Part shown: piece after piece, positions 15,273 through 27,502 of the stretch | Position numbering within the stretch: position 1 is the stretch's first letter | How the letters are laid out: each line of letters starts with the position of its first letter | NCBI RefSeq assembly: GCF_009914755.1 | Contig: NC_060930.1 | Direction: 5' to 3' (one strand) | DNA: 64,000 bases | DNA from: the human T2T-CHM13v2.0 reference genome, Homo sapiens | Position numbers and translations under genes: made by a program | The notes under the pieces: model-generated | Told to the model about the DNA's origin: nothing | The model's database searches: none | What the model saw: the letters and a program-made list of their open reading frames with translations, nothing else

Positions 15273-15805
15273 TCTGGTATCCACTGCAATATCCTTTGTC
15301 TTCCTAGGCACTGCCAATCTTGCTGGTGTGGCTTGTGCTCGGCCTCAGCCTGGTGAGCATTCAGTGTGGTTCCCTAGGTGAGGAGATCTCACTTCCGCTC
15401 TTGCTGTCATGGAAATATCTGCGGGTCTGTGCAGCCTCTGCAATGGGACCACCATTTTCTTCACCATAGTTGTCCAAATGGAAAGGTCACTTGCTCAGAA
15501 CTTGGTTACCTCCAAGTCTTTTCTATGGGTAATGAAATAAATACTAAGTCTCCCTGTGACAAGTGAATTATGGCAGTATTTAGGAAAACTAAGCTTAGGT
15601 AAGCCAATACTTGAGATATACAGAGTTAGATCAGATGGGGTAAAGATAGCATATGCTGAATCAAAGGAGAACTCAGCTGAAGAGCGTTAATTAACAATGC
15701 TAACTGTTAATATAATGCATATTTGCCAAGCCTGGAAGGGTACTTCAATAGAATATATCCTAGATGTGAGCAGGGAAATAAAAGGAGCCTTTGAGCCAAA
15801 GTCTT

Positions 15806-16191
15806 TGTATTAGTCTGTTTTCACACTGCTATAAAGACACATCCCAGACTGTGTAATTTATAAAGGAAAAAGGCTTAATTGACTCATAGTTCCACACGCC
15901 TGGGGAGGCCTCAGGAAACTTACAATCATGGCAGAAGGGGAAGCAGGCACTTTCTTCACAAGGCAGCTGGAGAGAGAGTGTGTGAAGTAGGATCTTTCAA
16001 ACACTTACAAAACCATCAGATCTTGTAAGAACTCACTCACTGTCACAAGAATAGCATGGGGGGAACTACCCCTTGATCCAATCACCTCCCTCCCTCCACA
16101 CATGGTGGGGGATTACAGGTCCCTCCCTCAACAGGTGGGGATTACAATTCAAGATGAGATTTGGGTGGGGAAACAGACCTGAACCATATCA
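15806..16191 (-). mobile_element. THE1D/MSTA MaLR solo LTR
   Basis: tgtattagtctgttttcacactgctataaag...gagatttgggtgggg...accatatca; 5-bp TSD gtctt/gtctc. Confidence 0.9.
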
Positions 16192-16298
16192 GTCTCAATA
16201 CTATTAATCGGTGTTAAAGTCTTTTAGCTTCAGCATGCTTCTTTAGGTATCTAACATCTCACCTTCTCTAAGATCTATAAATTTTACTCCATGGCTAT

Positions 16299-16625
16299 TG
16301 TCAGGTTCACCACTACACCAAATGTCATACCCAGGGTCAGGTTTGAGCCCCAGCTGAGGTCTAAGGGGAGTGGGTGGATAGGCGATGGATAGCTGAAAGA
16401 ACACTCATCAGGCCATAGGCAGGTGAATATGGTTTTATTCAGCAGCTCTCTCATCAGCAGCTCTCCCACACTGTTTGCTCTGTCTTGGCTGCTTGCTCCA
16501 GCCGCTCCCCTGCACAGCTGCATGGCTGGCTGTCCCTTCAGGGACAGCAGCTTAACTCTTTCTGGGCACAAGCTGGTTCCTGGCTCCCCCCTGCCTGCCT
16601 TCAAGGTGACCGGCTTTCCCCTATG
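16299..16625 (-). mobile_element. ERV LTR fragment (LTR18-like)
   Basis: TG start, ttttattcagcagctctctcatcagcagc (antisense polyA signal), GC-richer than flanks; subfamily tentative. Confidence 0.5.
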
Positions 16626-16726
16626 GGGGTTTCTTATGTTTCTTAGTGACAGGGTGAGATAATCAGTGAGGAAGCAGAGGTTCAGAGAGAGTGAGCGATC
16701 TGGTACTCAATAAGCAGCAGAGCTGA

Positions 16727-17066
<340 letters not shown>

Positions 17067-17319
17067 TAAAATGAAGTTCCACAGAGGACTCTAATTCCAC
17101 TGCTGCAGTTTTTGTGATTTTATCAGTCATTCTATGAATTTTAAAATATTTGAATAAAAAAATTTCCGTAGTTTTGCTATATGATGTTTTTCTTGTGGTA
17201 ATCATTCAATTATGCATGATATCTGTTTACACAGAGTATAACAAGGCTTTCAAAAATACCTTCCAATAAACAAGCAGTAGTCTGTCTTACTCATCTTCAT
17301 TTTAGTCACTTACACTTGA

Positions 17320-17560
17320 AGTTTCTTTGGCTTGAAATATCCCTGACCCCACCTATAGCTTTGTCTGACTAAACTGCACTTTAATATTTATTTTAGATGT
17401 CATTTTCTCCTGGAAATCTCCCCAGGTGCCATAATTTGAGTTAGCTGCCTCTTTTACATATTTATAGATTCTGTTTTACTTGCATAGTATGGTATCTTTC
17501 ACCCTGTATTGCCCTGACCAGTTTGCTAGTCTTTATTCTCTGCTAAACTGTGAGTTACTA
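17320..17560 (+). mobile_element. L2 3' fragment
   Basis: atgtcattttctcctggaaatctcccc...ctaaactgtgag resemble the L2 3' end. Confidence 0.5.
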
Positions 17561-18089
17561 TATTCATACAAATTTTTATCATCAATATATAAATTCATCT
17601 ATCCATCCATCAGTCCACCCACCCATTCATGCAGCAATCAATCAATAAAAGTGTAAGGGTCAGGTGTACAGCTCTCCACTTGTTTGATTTAAGGAATATA
17701 TTTTAGAATATCTTGTGTGACAATAGCTGATAGGTTTCATCTCATACAACAGATCCAACTGGTAATCTAATCTAACGGATGTCCTATATTGAGAAGAACT
17801 CAACAGTCATATCTAGGTTTACCAAAAAGAAAAAGAAATGATCATTTACTATATCAGCCATCAAGGGAGAGTTCTGGCATAAAGCCATATATGTTTTTTA
17901 AATATTGATCCAGAGAAAGGAATCAACTGCAAATACTTGAGAAAATTCCTATCACTTGGAATCTTGGTATAAAAATGACTGGTGGTGAGTTTGAAGTTTT
18001 GCTTCCCTATCAAAACTGGTCAGGAATGCTGAAGTATATATTATTGGTTTGTTATTGCTATTCTGTGATGAAAGCTGGGAAGACTTTAA

Positions 18090-18360
18090 GTAGAAGGCTT
18101 CCCATGGTGGCTTACCAAGACTCAGATCACCCTTCACCTGCTGCTAAGAGCCTTCAACTCTCACGTTTTGTCAGGGCCACACTTCCTCTGGGTGGCTGTT
18201 AGAGGACAACTGAGCATGGCAGTGCTTTCAGAATCAGGCCATTCCCACCCAACCCCATGTGAGCCTCCTCTAACATAAACTTTTCTTGGAATTTCTCTTC
18301 AGCTTGGCTGAGCCCTTCTGAGAACAGCATCTCTGTCCGAAGCTCTTCCCACCCACTTGG
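18090..18360 (+). mobile_element. ERVL-class LTR remnant (LTR16/LTR33-like)
   Basis: gaatcaggccattcccacccaa...ctcctctaac...gctcttcccacccac. Confidence 0.45.
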
Positions 18361-18729
18361 ATTCTAGCTTGCTTCAGATATGGCTTTCAAAGCAGCAATG
18401 CTCAGTTTTTGCAGCTAGTTATTTTCCACAGTAAGGCCAACTTAATATTTAAGGATATGAACAAGAAACTGACAGAAAGACAACAGAAGTAAAAAGAACC
18501 AAAGTACAGATTATAAAGAGTAAGGAAACAATAATGCTTTGAAGAAAGCATGCCATGGCGGCAATGCAGATTACCCAACTTCCTGTATATTTTCAGCTTT
18601 AGCTCATAATTATGTAAGCCAGATCATAATAATTGGCAGTCATGGCATGCTTACCAGGAAGTAAACAATTTCCTAAGTAATTTATGTTCATTTTTCATTT
18701 AACTTTTATGGGATCTCTATGGCAGAGAT

Positions 18730-18878
18730 ACTATTTACCCAATTTGCTGACGAGGAAACTGATTATTTGAGAGATAAGTATTTTCACAAAGGCATAACAA
18801 CATTAATTAGTGGATCACAGATTTAAACCCAGTTTTGGATAATTCTAAAGTCCAAGCCATTAGCCACAATAGTGTACT
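18730..18878 (-). mobile_element. MIR SINE
   Basis: cccaatttgctgacgaggaaactga...gatttaaacccag...ttctaaagtccaagcc MIR core. Confidence 0.75.
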
Positions 18879-21514
18879 GGCTTTCAACCAAATGTTCAGA
18901 CTATCTCATTTGGAAGTCTCAAGTAAAATCTCATTATCCTCTTTTTCATCTGAAAAATTCCTTTTTGGAGATTATTATCCATTTAAAAAACATCTACCTA
19001 TCTAGGTGTATATTTGTGTGTCTGTACCCGAAGCTCTCCATTGAACAAGAAATGATGGTACAAATTGTGCATTGAAATGAGTAAACATACTTGTTTGTTG
19101 TCTCGAGATTCTTCAATTGGTTAGTTAAAACTGGTAACAGACATTTGTGTTATTGACCAATTTTATCTTTAGCCTCAAAGACAATTAAAATCAAGAGGTG
19201 AATAAAAAATAAATCTCTTAAAAAATAATAATACATTTATTTTATGAACATACACACACATGCACTTGAAATTCCTAAAATTATTGTACAAAATTAGAGG
19301 CCTCTAGACATTAATTCTACAAGTTACTCCAACTGTCAACAATATTTTTTATGATTTTAGAGCACAGAGAGATTTTGTTCACCTCTATCCCTACAGCAAG
19401 TAATAAATATTTATTGATATAATTTCAAATAAATGTTTTTTTATAGAATTCAAAGAAACATCAAAAGTATATTTTTCTTAAAAAAAGACTTTCTGCTTAG
19501 CCAATTGTTCCAGCTTCTCTAAAGATACTTTTATCTTTATATAATTTGTAGCCATGCTATTTCACCAATTTATAAATCAGCTTTAAAAATCGAATGAGAG
19601 TTAAATAAATTTCACCTAACCTATTTAAATAAGTATAGTAGTCAATATTATATTTGCTCTATATTCAATAATTCCAAAGCTTCACTCCTTTGATTTTTAT
19701 TTTAATATTAAGATAGCTTTGGCCTATTCTTATTGTTCTTAAAACTGCTCCTTGATTTATTTTTGTTGTGTGTTCCTAAAGTTATTCAGTAGCCTAATTA
19801 GATATTCATTTTGACATTCTGGTCCCAGAAGAAATAACATTAACTCCATACTTATCCATCTGGTTATCAGTTATAGCTTGTGAGTTGCAGCTTGTAATTT
19901 TCCAGGGACATGTGGGCGCCCTTCCAGTTAGGCTATTAAAGTCTCTTACACTCTAACAACATGCTAATTAATATCCTTTCACGTTTGTGGATACACAGCA
20001 AAACACTGCCATATAGAGGAAATTTCATTTCTTCAATATTGAAGTGTAGAAATTTTAGATTAAAAATTAAGCCAGAAATTATTTATATATTTTCTGAGGA
20101 ACCAAAACCTTTTATCTTCAATTTTATGAAACTGTTTAATTCACACATCATCTTAAATTTAATATCCATCATTGTAAAAAATTTGCACTGTGAAAAAGTA
20201 TCTTAAAACCTGCATTCACAGAAGGGTGTTTCCTAGCAACCCCATACAATCAGGACCAATCCTTGGCTGAATTGTGACTCAAAGTGCTGTTAGAAGTAAA
20301 AATTTGCATGAGAAAGAGACCAATGTCTGTTCTGATTAGGAACAACAGCTCTTTCCTAATATTGGTCAGCAGCAGTCCAAAATCAGGCAGCTGTTTAGAA
20401 ATGCCTTTGTTTTTATGAAATTTTGCCTGAGGAAGGAAAGCATTACATCCCCATAGACAGTACAGAGGCCACTAAAACTTCAGAAATTAATCCAGACAAA
20501 TCAGGGATCTCACCTCTACAATACATTAAAATAAGTTGCTTCCTTTAATTTTGTTTAAATTTATTAATTCACTGTTATTTATTTTTACCTTGTAAATATA
20601 GTATTCACTGTTGCTTACTATAAGGACTAAATATTAGTTAATGGTCTTATAGAGAACAAGAGAACAGTTATTATATTTAATTTGGATCTTTTATATATAC
20701 ATGTACTTGCACATTATCTTCCCTTTGTTGACTTCTGTTGTCCCTGAATATAAATTTCAGGACAGTTTATTTCAAATTATTCCAGTCTTAATCAATGCTT
20801 CCCCATAGTAATAATATCAAGCCAAAGAGATTTGATTTATTTATATTTATTTTAGGAAAAAAAAAGTTGCATTCTTTCAGAATAAGAATAAATACAAAAC
20901 CTCAGTAAGTTAACTTACCACTATTTGATTTTTATTTCCTGTTAATTTTTTTGTCATTGTTGTTTTATATTCATATTACTAAGTAGAAAAAATTCCTGCC
21001 ATCAAATAGGTCATGTAATGTACATTTGGGGCTATATAAAAACATAAAAACTATCAGAGTCAGATGAACTATGATTATTGCTACTACTAAAGTCTCAAAG
21101 ACCACACAGAGGGATAGCCTGAGGAACACTGCATCCCAAATTTAGAAACCACATCTGTTCCTGGAGCTAAATTACAGCATATACTCTAAAGATTATTTTT
21201 AGCATAAATTTACCCCAGAAAAATACAAACAAGGCATGTAAGCGAACAAGAAACACCAAAATAATTAGACTATTCTCCAAATGTTTCTTGGCATTTATTA
21301 GATTATAAATACCCAATGCACAAAGAAGGATTTAGGGTACCAAGTGGAATAAACAAGCTTGTAGGTACTAGCTCTATTTATCAAAGTCTAAGCACAGATC
21401 CTCTTCTCAGAGATCATGCAATTAATAGTACATACCAGAACACACACACATACACACACAAAATACACATTATAGCAAAATTATTTCATTTTTAAAAAGG
21501 AGCTGTTAAAGAAC

Positions 21515-21604
21515 TTTTTTGTTTTTTTAGATGGAGTCTCACTCTGTCGCTAGGCTGGAGTGCAGTGGCACGATCTCAGCTCACTGCAACCTCTGCCTCC
21601 CGGG
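21515..21604 (-). mobile_element. 5'-truncated Alu (3' ~85 bp of right arm, AluSc-like)
   Basis: tttttagatggagtctcactctgtcgctaggctggagtgcagtgg...ctcccggg, flanked by aagaactttttt/aagaaatttttt. Confidence 0.9.
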
Positions 21605-22066
21605 TAAGAAATTTTTTTAAATGATCTTGGATTTCTTTTTCTTTTAATACATCCCATAGAATTAACAATATCCTGAATCTTTAGAAATATGATTGTCTAT
21701 TTCACATAGTTGGAGAAATATAATTAAAAGAAAAATTACCTCCCAACACAGAAAACCTATCCACAAAGACAGAAAAGAAAGTAATTTTGTTACTCAATAA
21801 ATATTAAACAAGAACCTGATGTGTATCACAAGCAATCTGCTAAGAGATTTGCAAAGACAAAAAAAAAAAAAACTCACCCTTTTAAATAGCCAAGCAGATA
21901 CAATCCATAACATATATGTTTTCAAGATTAAACAATTGCTAGTCCTCAAGTAAGAGGACCTGACAGCACCATTCGTCATACATAGTTCATACTAAATTTA
22001 CTTAGTAGGGTTGGGGCACAGAAAATGATAGCCAAAAATATGGCACTTTGGCATACTGAGTGTTTT

Positions 22067-22679
22067 TGTCAGAAGTACTCAAACCAGAGTGACTCTATCT
22101 TGAACAGGGGTTGGGAAAATGAGGCTGGGACCTACTGGGCTGCATTCTCAGGAGGCTAGGCATTCTAAGTCACAGGATGAGATAGGAGGTCGGCACAAGA
22201 TACAGGTCACAAAGACCTTGCTTATAAAACAGCATGTGGTAAAGAAGCCAGCCAAATCCCACCAAAACCAAGACGGTCTCCTCTGGTCATCCTCACTGCT
22301 TTTTATACACTAATTATAATGCATTAGCATACTAAAAGACACTCCCACCAGTGCCATGACAATTTACAAAAGCCATGGCAACATCAGGAAGTTACCCTAC
22401 ATGGTCTAAAACGGGGAGGAACTTTCAGTTCTGGGAATTGCCCACTCCTTTCCCAGAAAAATCATGAATAATTCACCTTTTGTCTAGCGTATAATCAAGA
22501 AATAACTATAAGTATAATTAGTTGAGCAGCCCACACCGCTGCTCTGCTTATGGAGTAGCCATTCTTTATTCCTTTTACTTTCCTAATAAACTTGCTTTTA
22601 CTTTATTCTATGGACTCGCCCCGAATTCTTTCTTCCGTGAGATCCAAGAATCCACTCTTGGGACCCCCTTCCAGTAACA
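22067..22679 (+). mobile_element. MER41B solo LTR
   Basis: tgtcagaagtactcaaaccagagtgactctatcttgaa...gtcacaggatgagataggaggtcggcacaagatacaggtc...ccttccagtaaca; TSD TTTT. Confidence 0.9.
22429..22458. promoter_or_regulatory. Tandem STAT1 GAS motifs in MER41B
   Basis: TTCTGGGAA (22429-22437) and TTCCCAGAA (22450-22458), both TTCN3GAA. Confidence 0.65.
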
Positions 22680-22885
22680 TTTTGAATTAAGGAACATTGA
22701 ATGGACTCCGATATTAGCCTCAGAACCAAGATCTCTCTCTTATCTTTCCTTGGCCCCCTGGCTCTCGGATTCTGTTGCTTTTCTGAAGCACCAAATATCC
22801 TTATCTGACTAAGAGTTTCTTTCCAGAACAAATGCAATTGTCTTAAGACCCTCTCCCTAGGAATCTCATAAAATAACTGGGAAAT

Positions 22886-23146
22886 CAGCATGGCGACTGA
22901 CACCTTTAATCCCAGTACTTTGGGAGGCTGAGGAGGAGGATACTTTGAGGCTAGGAGCTCAAGACCAGCAGGGGCAATATAATAAAATCCTGTCTCTAGA
23001 AAAAATCAAAGGATTTCTTGAGCCCAGGAATTCAAGGCTGCAGTGAGCTATGATCATATCACTGTACTTCAGCCTGGGCAACAAAGCAAAACCTGACTGT
23101 GAAAAAAAGTAAAAAATCAAAACAAAACAAAACAAAACAAAAAAAC
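22886..23146 (+). mobile_element. AluJ with internal deletion
   Basis: ttgagcccaggaattcaaggctgcagtgagctatgatc (J diagnostics); start of right arm missing; (CAAAA)n tail. Confidence 0.85.
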
Positions 23147-24844
23147 AGAAAAGATCAACCACCTGAGATGAGAAGAGACTGGGAGAATTATCGCCATACC
23201 CAGATAGTTTCCTTTATTCTTCTGAGGCCAGCTCCAAAATAGGTTTTATCTGCATCATAAGACAAACTTTGTTCACAGTTAAGTTCTACCTCTCAGCTTC
23301 CCTTTACCAGAGCTCACAGGAACTTTGCCACAGGCCATTGTTCTTTGGGCTCACTCATTTCCCCAAAAATCATCCACTCCTACAACCCCCAGCACCCTTT
23401 CCCCTATGAAGAAGGGCACAGGCAAATCTAGGCCTCATTGGGTTATTGGATAATCATTCTCCTGCACTTATACACATTTTTTAAAACTGTATACTTTTTT
23501 CTCCCACTAATTCTGCCTTTTGTAAGTTCATTTTCAGGAACCCTTTAGAGGGGAAAAGGAAAGCTTTTCCTCTTCATCCCTACAGTAGCTGGGATGACCA
23601 TCTGTGTTAGCTAAATAGCTTTATCCAAAGTAAAAAGAAACTTCTCATGTCTTCATGACAGGAGGTAATTTAGCAACTTGGAGCAAGGCACCCACATAAG
23701 TTAGTCTCCTGCCCTCCCACAGAAGCTGAGAGACAGGGGCACCATCCTCCTTGAAGATTGTATTTCAAAGAGATGATTCCCAGGTTCTTAAGAAAGACAT
23801 TCCTGTATCTCAAAGTTTGCAAGAGGTTTATTTAGCTATCAAAAGAGCATTATGAGACATTCAAACACATATAAAAAGCACTTCAAAGTGACAAGAAGGA
23901 GTTTACAAGTATTCCGAAGTAAATACCTTAAGAAAAAGCAGGGGCAGGTGGCGAGGGTCTCTTCCCTTATTTTCATTGGGGGTATTTAAGCCTTTTATTT
24001 TAAATTTGCATTTGCTTTTATAATACGTATGATTCTACTCTAAATGTAGCAAATCCTTAAAAGATTAGGAACTCTCAACTTACATTAACATCTGTAGCTG
24101 TACATATTACCTTTTTTCTAACAGTAAGGTTTTTTTCCAACTTATTTTAGGTTCGGGGGTACATGTGCAGGTTTATTACATGGGTAAATTACATGTCATG
24201 GGGGGTTGGTGTACAGATAATTTTGTCACCCAGGTAATCAGCATAATAGCTGATAGGTAGTTTTTCAACCCATCCCTTCCTCCCACCCTCCCATGTCAAG
24301 TAGTCCCAGGGTCTATTGTTGCCATCTTTGTGTCCACATGTCCTCAATGTTTAGCTCCTCCTTATAAGTTAGAACATGCAGTATTTGGTTTTCTCTTTCT
24401 GTGTTAATTCCCTTAGGATACTTGCCTCTAGCTGCACCCATGTTGCTGCAAACGATATGATTTCATTCATTTTTATGGCTGTGTAGTATTCCATGGTATA
24501 TGTGTACCACATTTTCTTTATCTAGTTCATCATTGATGTGTATCTAGGTTGTTTCCATGTCTTTGCTATTGTGAATAGTGCTGTGATGAACATACAGGTG
24601 CATGTATCTTTTTGGTAGAACATTTTATTTTCCTTTGGGTATATAACCAGTAGTGGGACTGCTGAGTTGAATGGTAGTTCTGTTTCAGGATCTTTGGAAA
24701 ATCTGTACAGTTTTCCACAGTGGTTGAGCTAATTTACATTCTCATCAGAAGTATGTAAGTGTTCCCCTTTCTCTGCAACCTCAACAAGATCTGTTATTTT
24801 TTGACTTTTTAATAATATCTATTTTGACTGGTTTGAGATGGTAA

Positions 24845-25271
24845 TGAGACAGCCAAATGCCTAGGCAGATAAAAAGGGGTCCCTAGAGTATTTCCAAAAC
24901 ACCCCACAAGTGTTTAAATCAGATGCTTTTATGCAGACGAGGGAACCTGCCCAGAGCTAGCCATGCCCACAGTAGACTGGTGCCAGACATGTGCACTGGG
25001 GGGAAATGGGTGGAGCCACGGGGAATTCACACCTTATGCAGGAGAGGCACCTGCTCTCTTCTGTTCCTGTATGGTGGCCTCAGATTCAATCTGTGAGGTT
25101 GGAGGCCTGTTAGCCTCTCACTTTGCTGAGAGTTTTTCCTTTTTTTTCCCCCTTTTTGCACAATAAAACACTGCTCTACTCACCTTTCAACGTATCTGTG
25201 TGCCTAAATTTTCCTGGTTGTGTGATAAGGACCTAGGTTTTAGCTAACCTAAGGAGCAAAATTCTGCAATA
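24845..25271 (+). repeat. 5' LTR (MER61-like)
   Basis: tgagacagccaaatgcctaggcagataaaaagggg...attctgcaata; aataaa near 25162. Confidence 0.85.
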
Positions 25272-27073
25272 TTTTGGCATCTCTGGGTGGGCTCAGCTTT
25301 AAAAGGTCTTATTTGATATTCTTTGTGGAATAGAGTTCCATCAATGCCAATCTAAAAGGCTTATATCAAAATAATTATTCTTGCTACACTTTATGCAAAT
25401 AATCAGGCCAAGTATAAGAATAAAGTCCATTTTGCAAAAAATGCAGTCCTATCATGAATTGTTTTTAACAGAAATGAGGACTAGAGAGAAATTATGTTTC
25501 AAAACTTATCATCATTAGAATCTACACTCATTAGTTGTTTTTAAGTTTTTGCCTACATTTTAGACTATCCCTGCTTGTTCTTGTGAACCAACCAGCAATC
25601 TCCAACTGCAGCTCAGAAGGAATAAAAGTGGATGTGTGATGTAAAAATCTGGATTAATATTCTAGTTCTGAGCAAACTGGTGCCAGACATGTGCACTGGG
25701 GGGAAGTGAAATCCTGAAATCCTGAAAATCCTGCCAGGTGATGGGAGTAAATAGGGTGCCCATTACCTGGAGGTTTCCTCTTTGGGAAAGTAAGACCAAT
25801 GGAGCCAAGCCTCATCACCAAAATCTTAGCAAGCATAACTATAGCTACCAAGTTATGCCACCAAGGATGTCTTGGGTGTGTCACAAGACATCTTTTCCTC
25901 TCCCTTGTTGGAGGACAAATCAATCCCACAGCTTCGCTTTAGCATTTGGCTTATGATAAGGAGTCCATACAACACCGCTGCAAGACACAGTTTTGTCCCA
26001 AACTCAATTCCAAGCTTCAGGTCAAAGCCTTAGGAAAGAAAACTGGATCTGAGGGATCCAGAGGCAGATGACAATGGAAGTTAAAAGGCACAGCGCAGGT
26101 GATCATGACTAATTCCTGCTGATTAAGCCAAGCTTCCCATTTCATGGATAAACATCACACTGGTATCCATGGCAATAAATAAGGTCTAGGGAATTCAAAG
26201 GCTTCTGAAAGCAGGGGAGATAGGGTGTACATGGGTAAGAGCGGATACTCCCACCCTCTAGGCCCCCTGTTAACACAGGTGAAAGCCACTTTGACACTCA
26301 TGGGTGGCACTCTGTCGCAGTCACCAGGACTAGGGGATGCAAGGACAGAAGATAGAGCAATGCCTCACTTTCTCTCCCTTACTTACCCTGGGTATTTGCT
26401 AGGAAGAGAAAGGAACCAGGGGTACCTGCTTCCCTCTTTCTAGATCAGTAGCCATTCATCTTCAGCCTGTACCCCTTAAGAATGCATTCTGAACCTCTGG
26501 GATTCCTCTGGGAAAAAAATGCCTTCTTTTTTCTTTTTTCCTCCTCTTTCCTCACTTCACTGATAGGTAATCATGTCTCCATACTACAGGACACTCCCCT
26601 TGGATGCATCCTTCAAACTGGGAAAAGTTAATTTCCCAAACCTTAGACTGGTTGGCTTCAGACTGGGCTCAGGGAAAGGAAAGCCAGAAGACTGGCATGC
26701 CGGCAAAAGAGTAAAAGTTTTTTTTTTTACCACTCATGCTTGTGGCCTCCTTCTCCCTGTGCAAACTGGTAAAAGGCCTCAGGATTTTTGAGCTGTCCTT
26801 TTCCCTGCTTGTTTCATTTTAATACATGACTTCTAATAACCTGGTTTTTCTCTTCTTGCCTTCAGACCATCAAACTCTAAATGCTCATGCAGCCAGAGCC
26901 TCAGACCATAGCCCCTTTTGCTGGGGTCACTTAGGCCCCTGAAGAAGATCTGACTTCCATTTTCCCAAAACAGTGCCCCCTGTCAGCAGGAAGCAGTTAA
27001 GATTGGTCTTTGTCCTTGTCCTTACCCTTATCCTTATCAACAGCAGTAAGATGTACTTCTTTAGAGCTGTGAA

Positions 27074-27502
27074 TGAGATGGCCAAATGCCTAGGCAGATA
27101 AAAAGGGGTACCTGGAGAATCTCTGACCCACCCCACAAGTGTTTACATCAGATGCTTTTGTGCAGGTGAGGGAACCTGCCCAGGGCTTGTCTGGTCAGGC
27201 CCACAGCAGACTGGAGCCTGACTTGTGCACTGGGAGAAGTGGGTGTAGCCATGGGGAATTTGCACCTTATGCAGGAGAGGCACCTGCTCTTTTCTGTTCC
27301 TGTGTGGTGGTCTGGGATTCAATATGTGAGGTTGGGGGCCTGTTAGCAGGAAACCTTCTTGCTTTACTGAGAGTTTTTCTATCTGTTCACCCATTAAAAC
27401 CCTGCTCTACTCACCCTTCAATGTGTCGATGTGCCTAAGTTTTCCTGGTCACGTGACAAGAACCTAGGTTTTAGCTGAACTAAGGAGTAAAATTCTGCAA
27501 CA
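27074..27502 (+). repeat. 3' LTR (MER61-like)
   Basis: tgagatggccaaatgcctaggcagataaaaagggg...attctgcaaca; roughly 85% identical to the 5' LTR by eye. Confidence 0.85.

Larger units (their letters stand above)
22009..23584 (+). mobile_element. MER39/MER34-like ERV1 LTR (interrupted by MER41B and AluJ)
   Basis: gttggggcacagaaaatgatagccaaaaatatggcac start, ...catccctaca end; 4-bp TSD GTAG at 22005-22008 and 23585-23588. Confidence 0.75.
21708..24022 (-). mobile_element. MER67-like ERV1 LTR, split by nested insertions (pieces 21708-22008 and 23585-24022)
   Basis: The two pieces join across a GTAG TSD; termini resemble MER67 (gttggagaaatataattaaaa...; ...aatttgcatttgctttta). Confidence 0.6.
24845..27502 (+). 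mobile_element. Internally deleted MER61-type ERV1 provirus (LTR-int-LTR)
   Basis: Direct-repeat LTRs at 24845-25271 and 27074-27502, PBS stub ttttggc, MER4-group 3' internal sequence, decayed PPT agagctgtgaa, degenerate TSD gtaa/atat. Confidence 0.85.
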
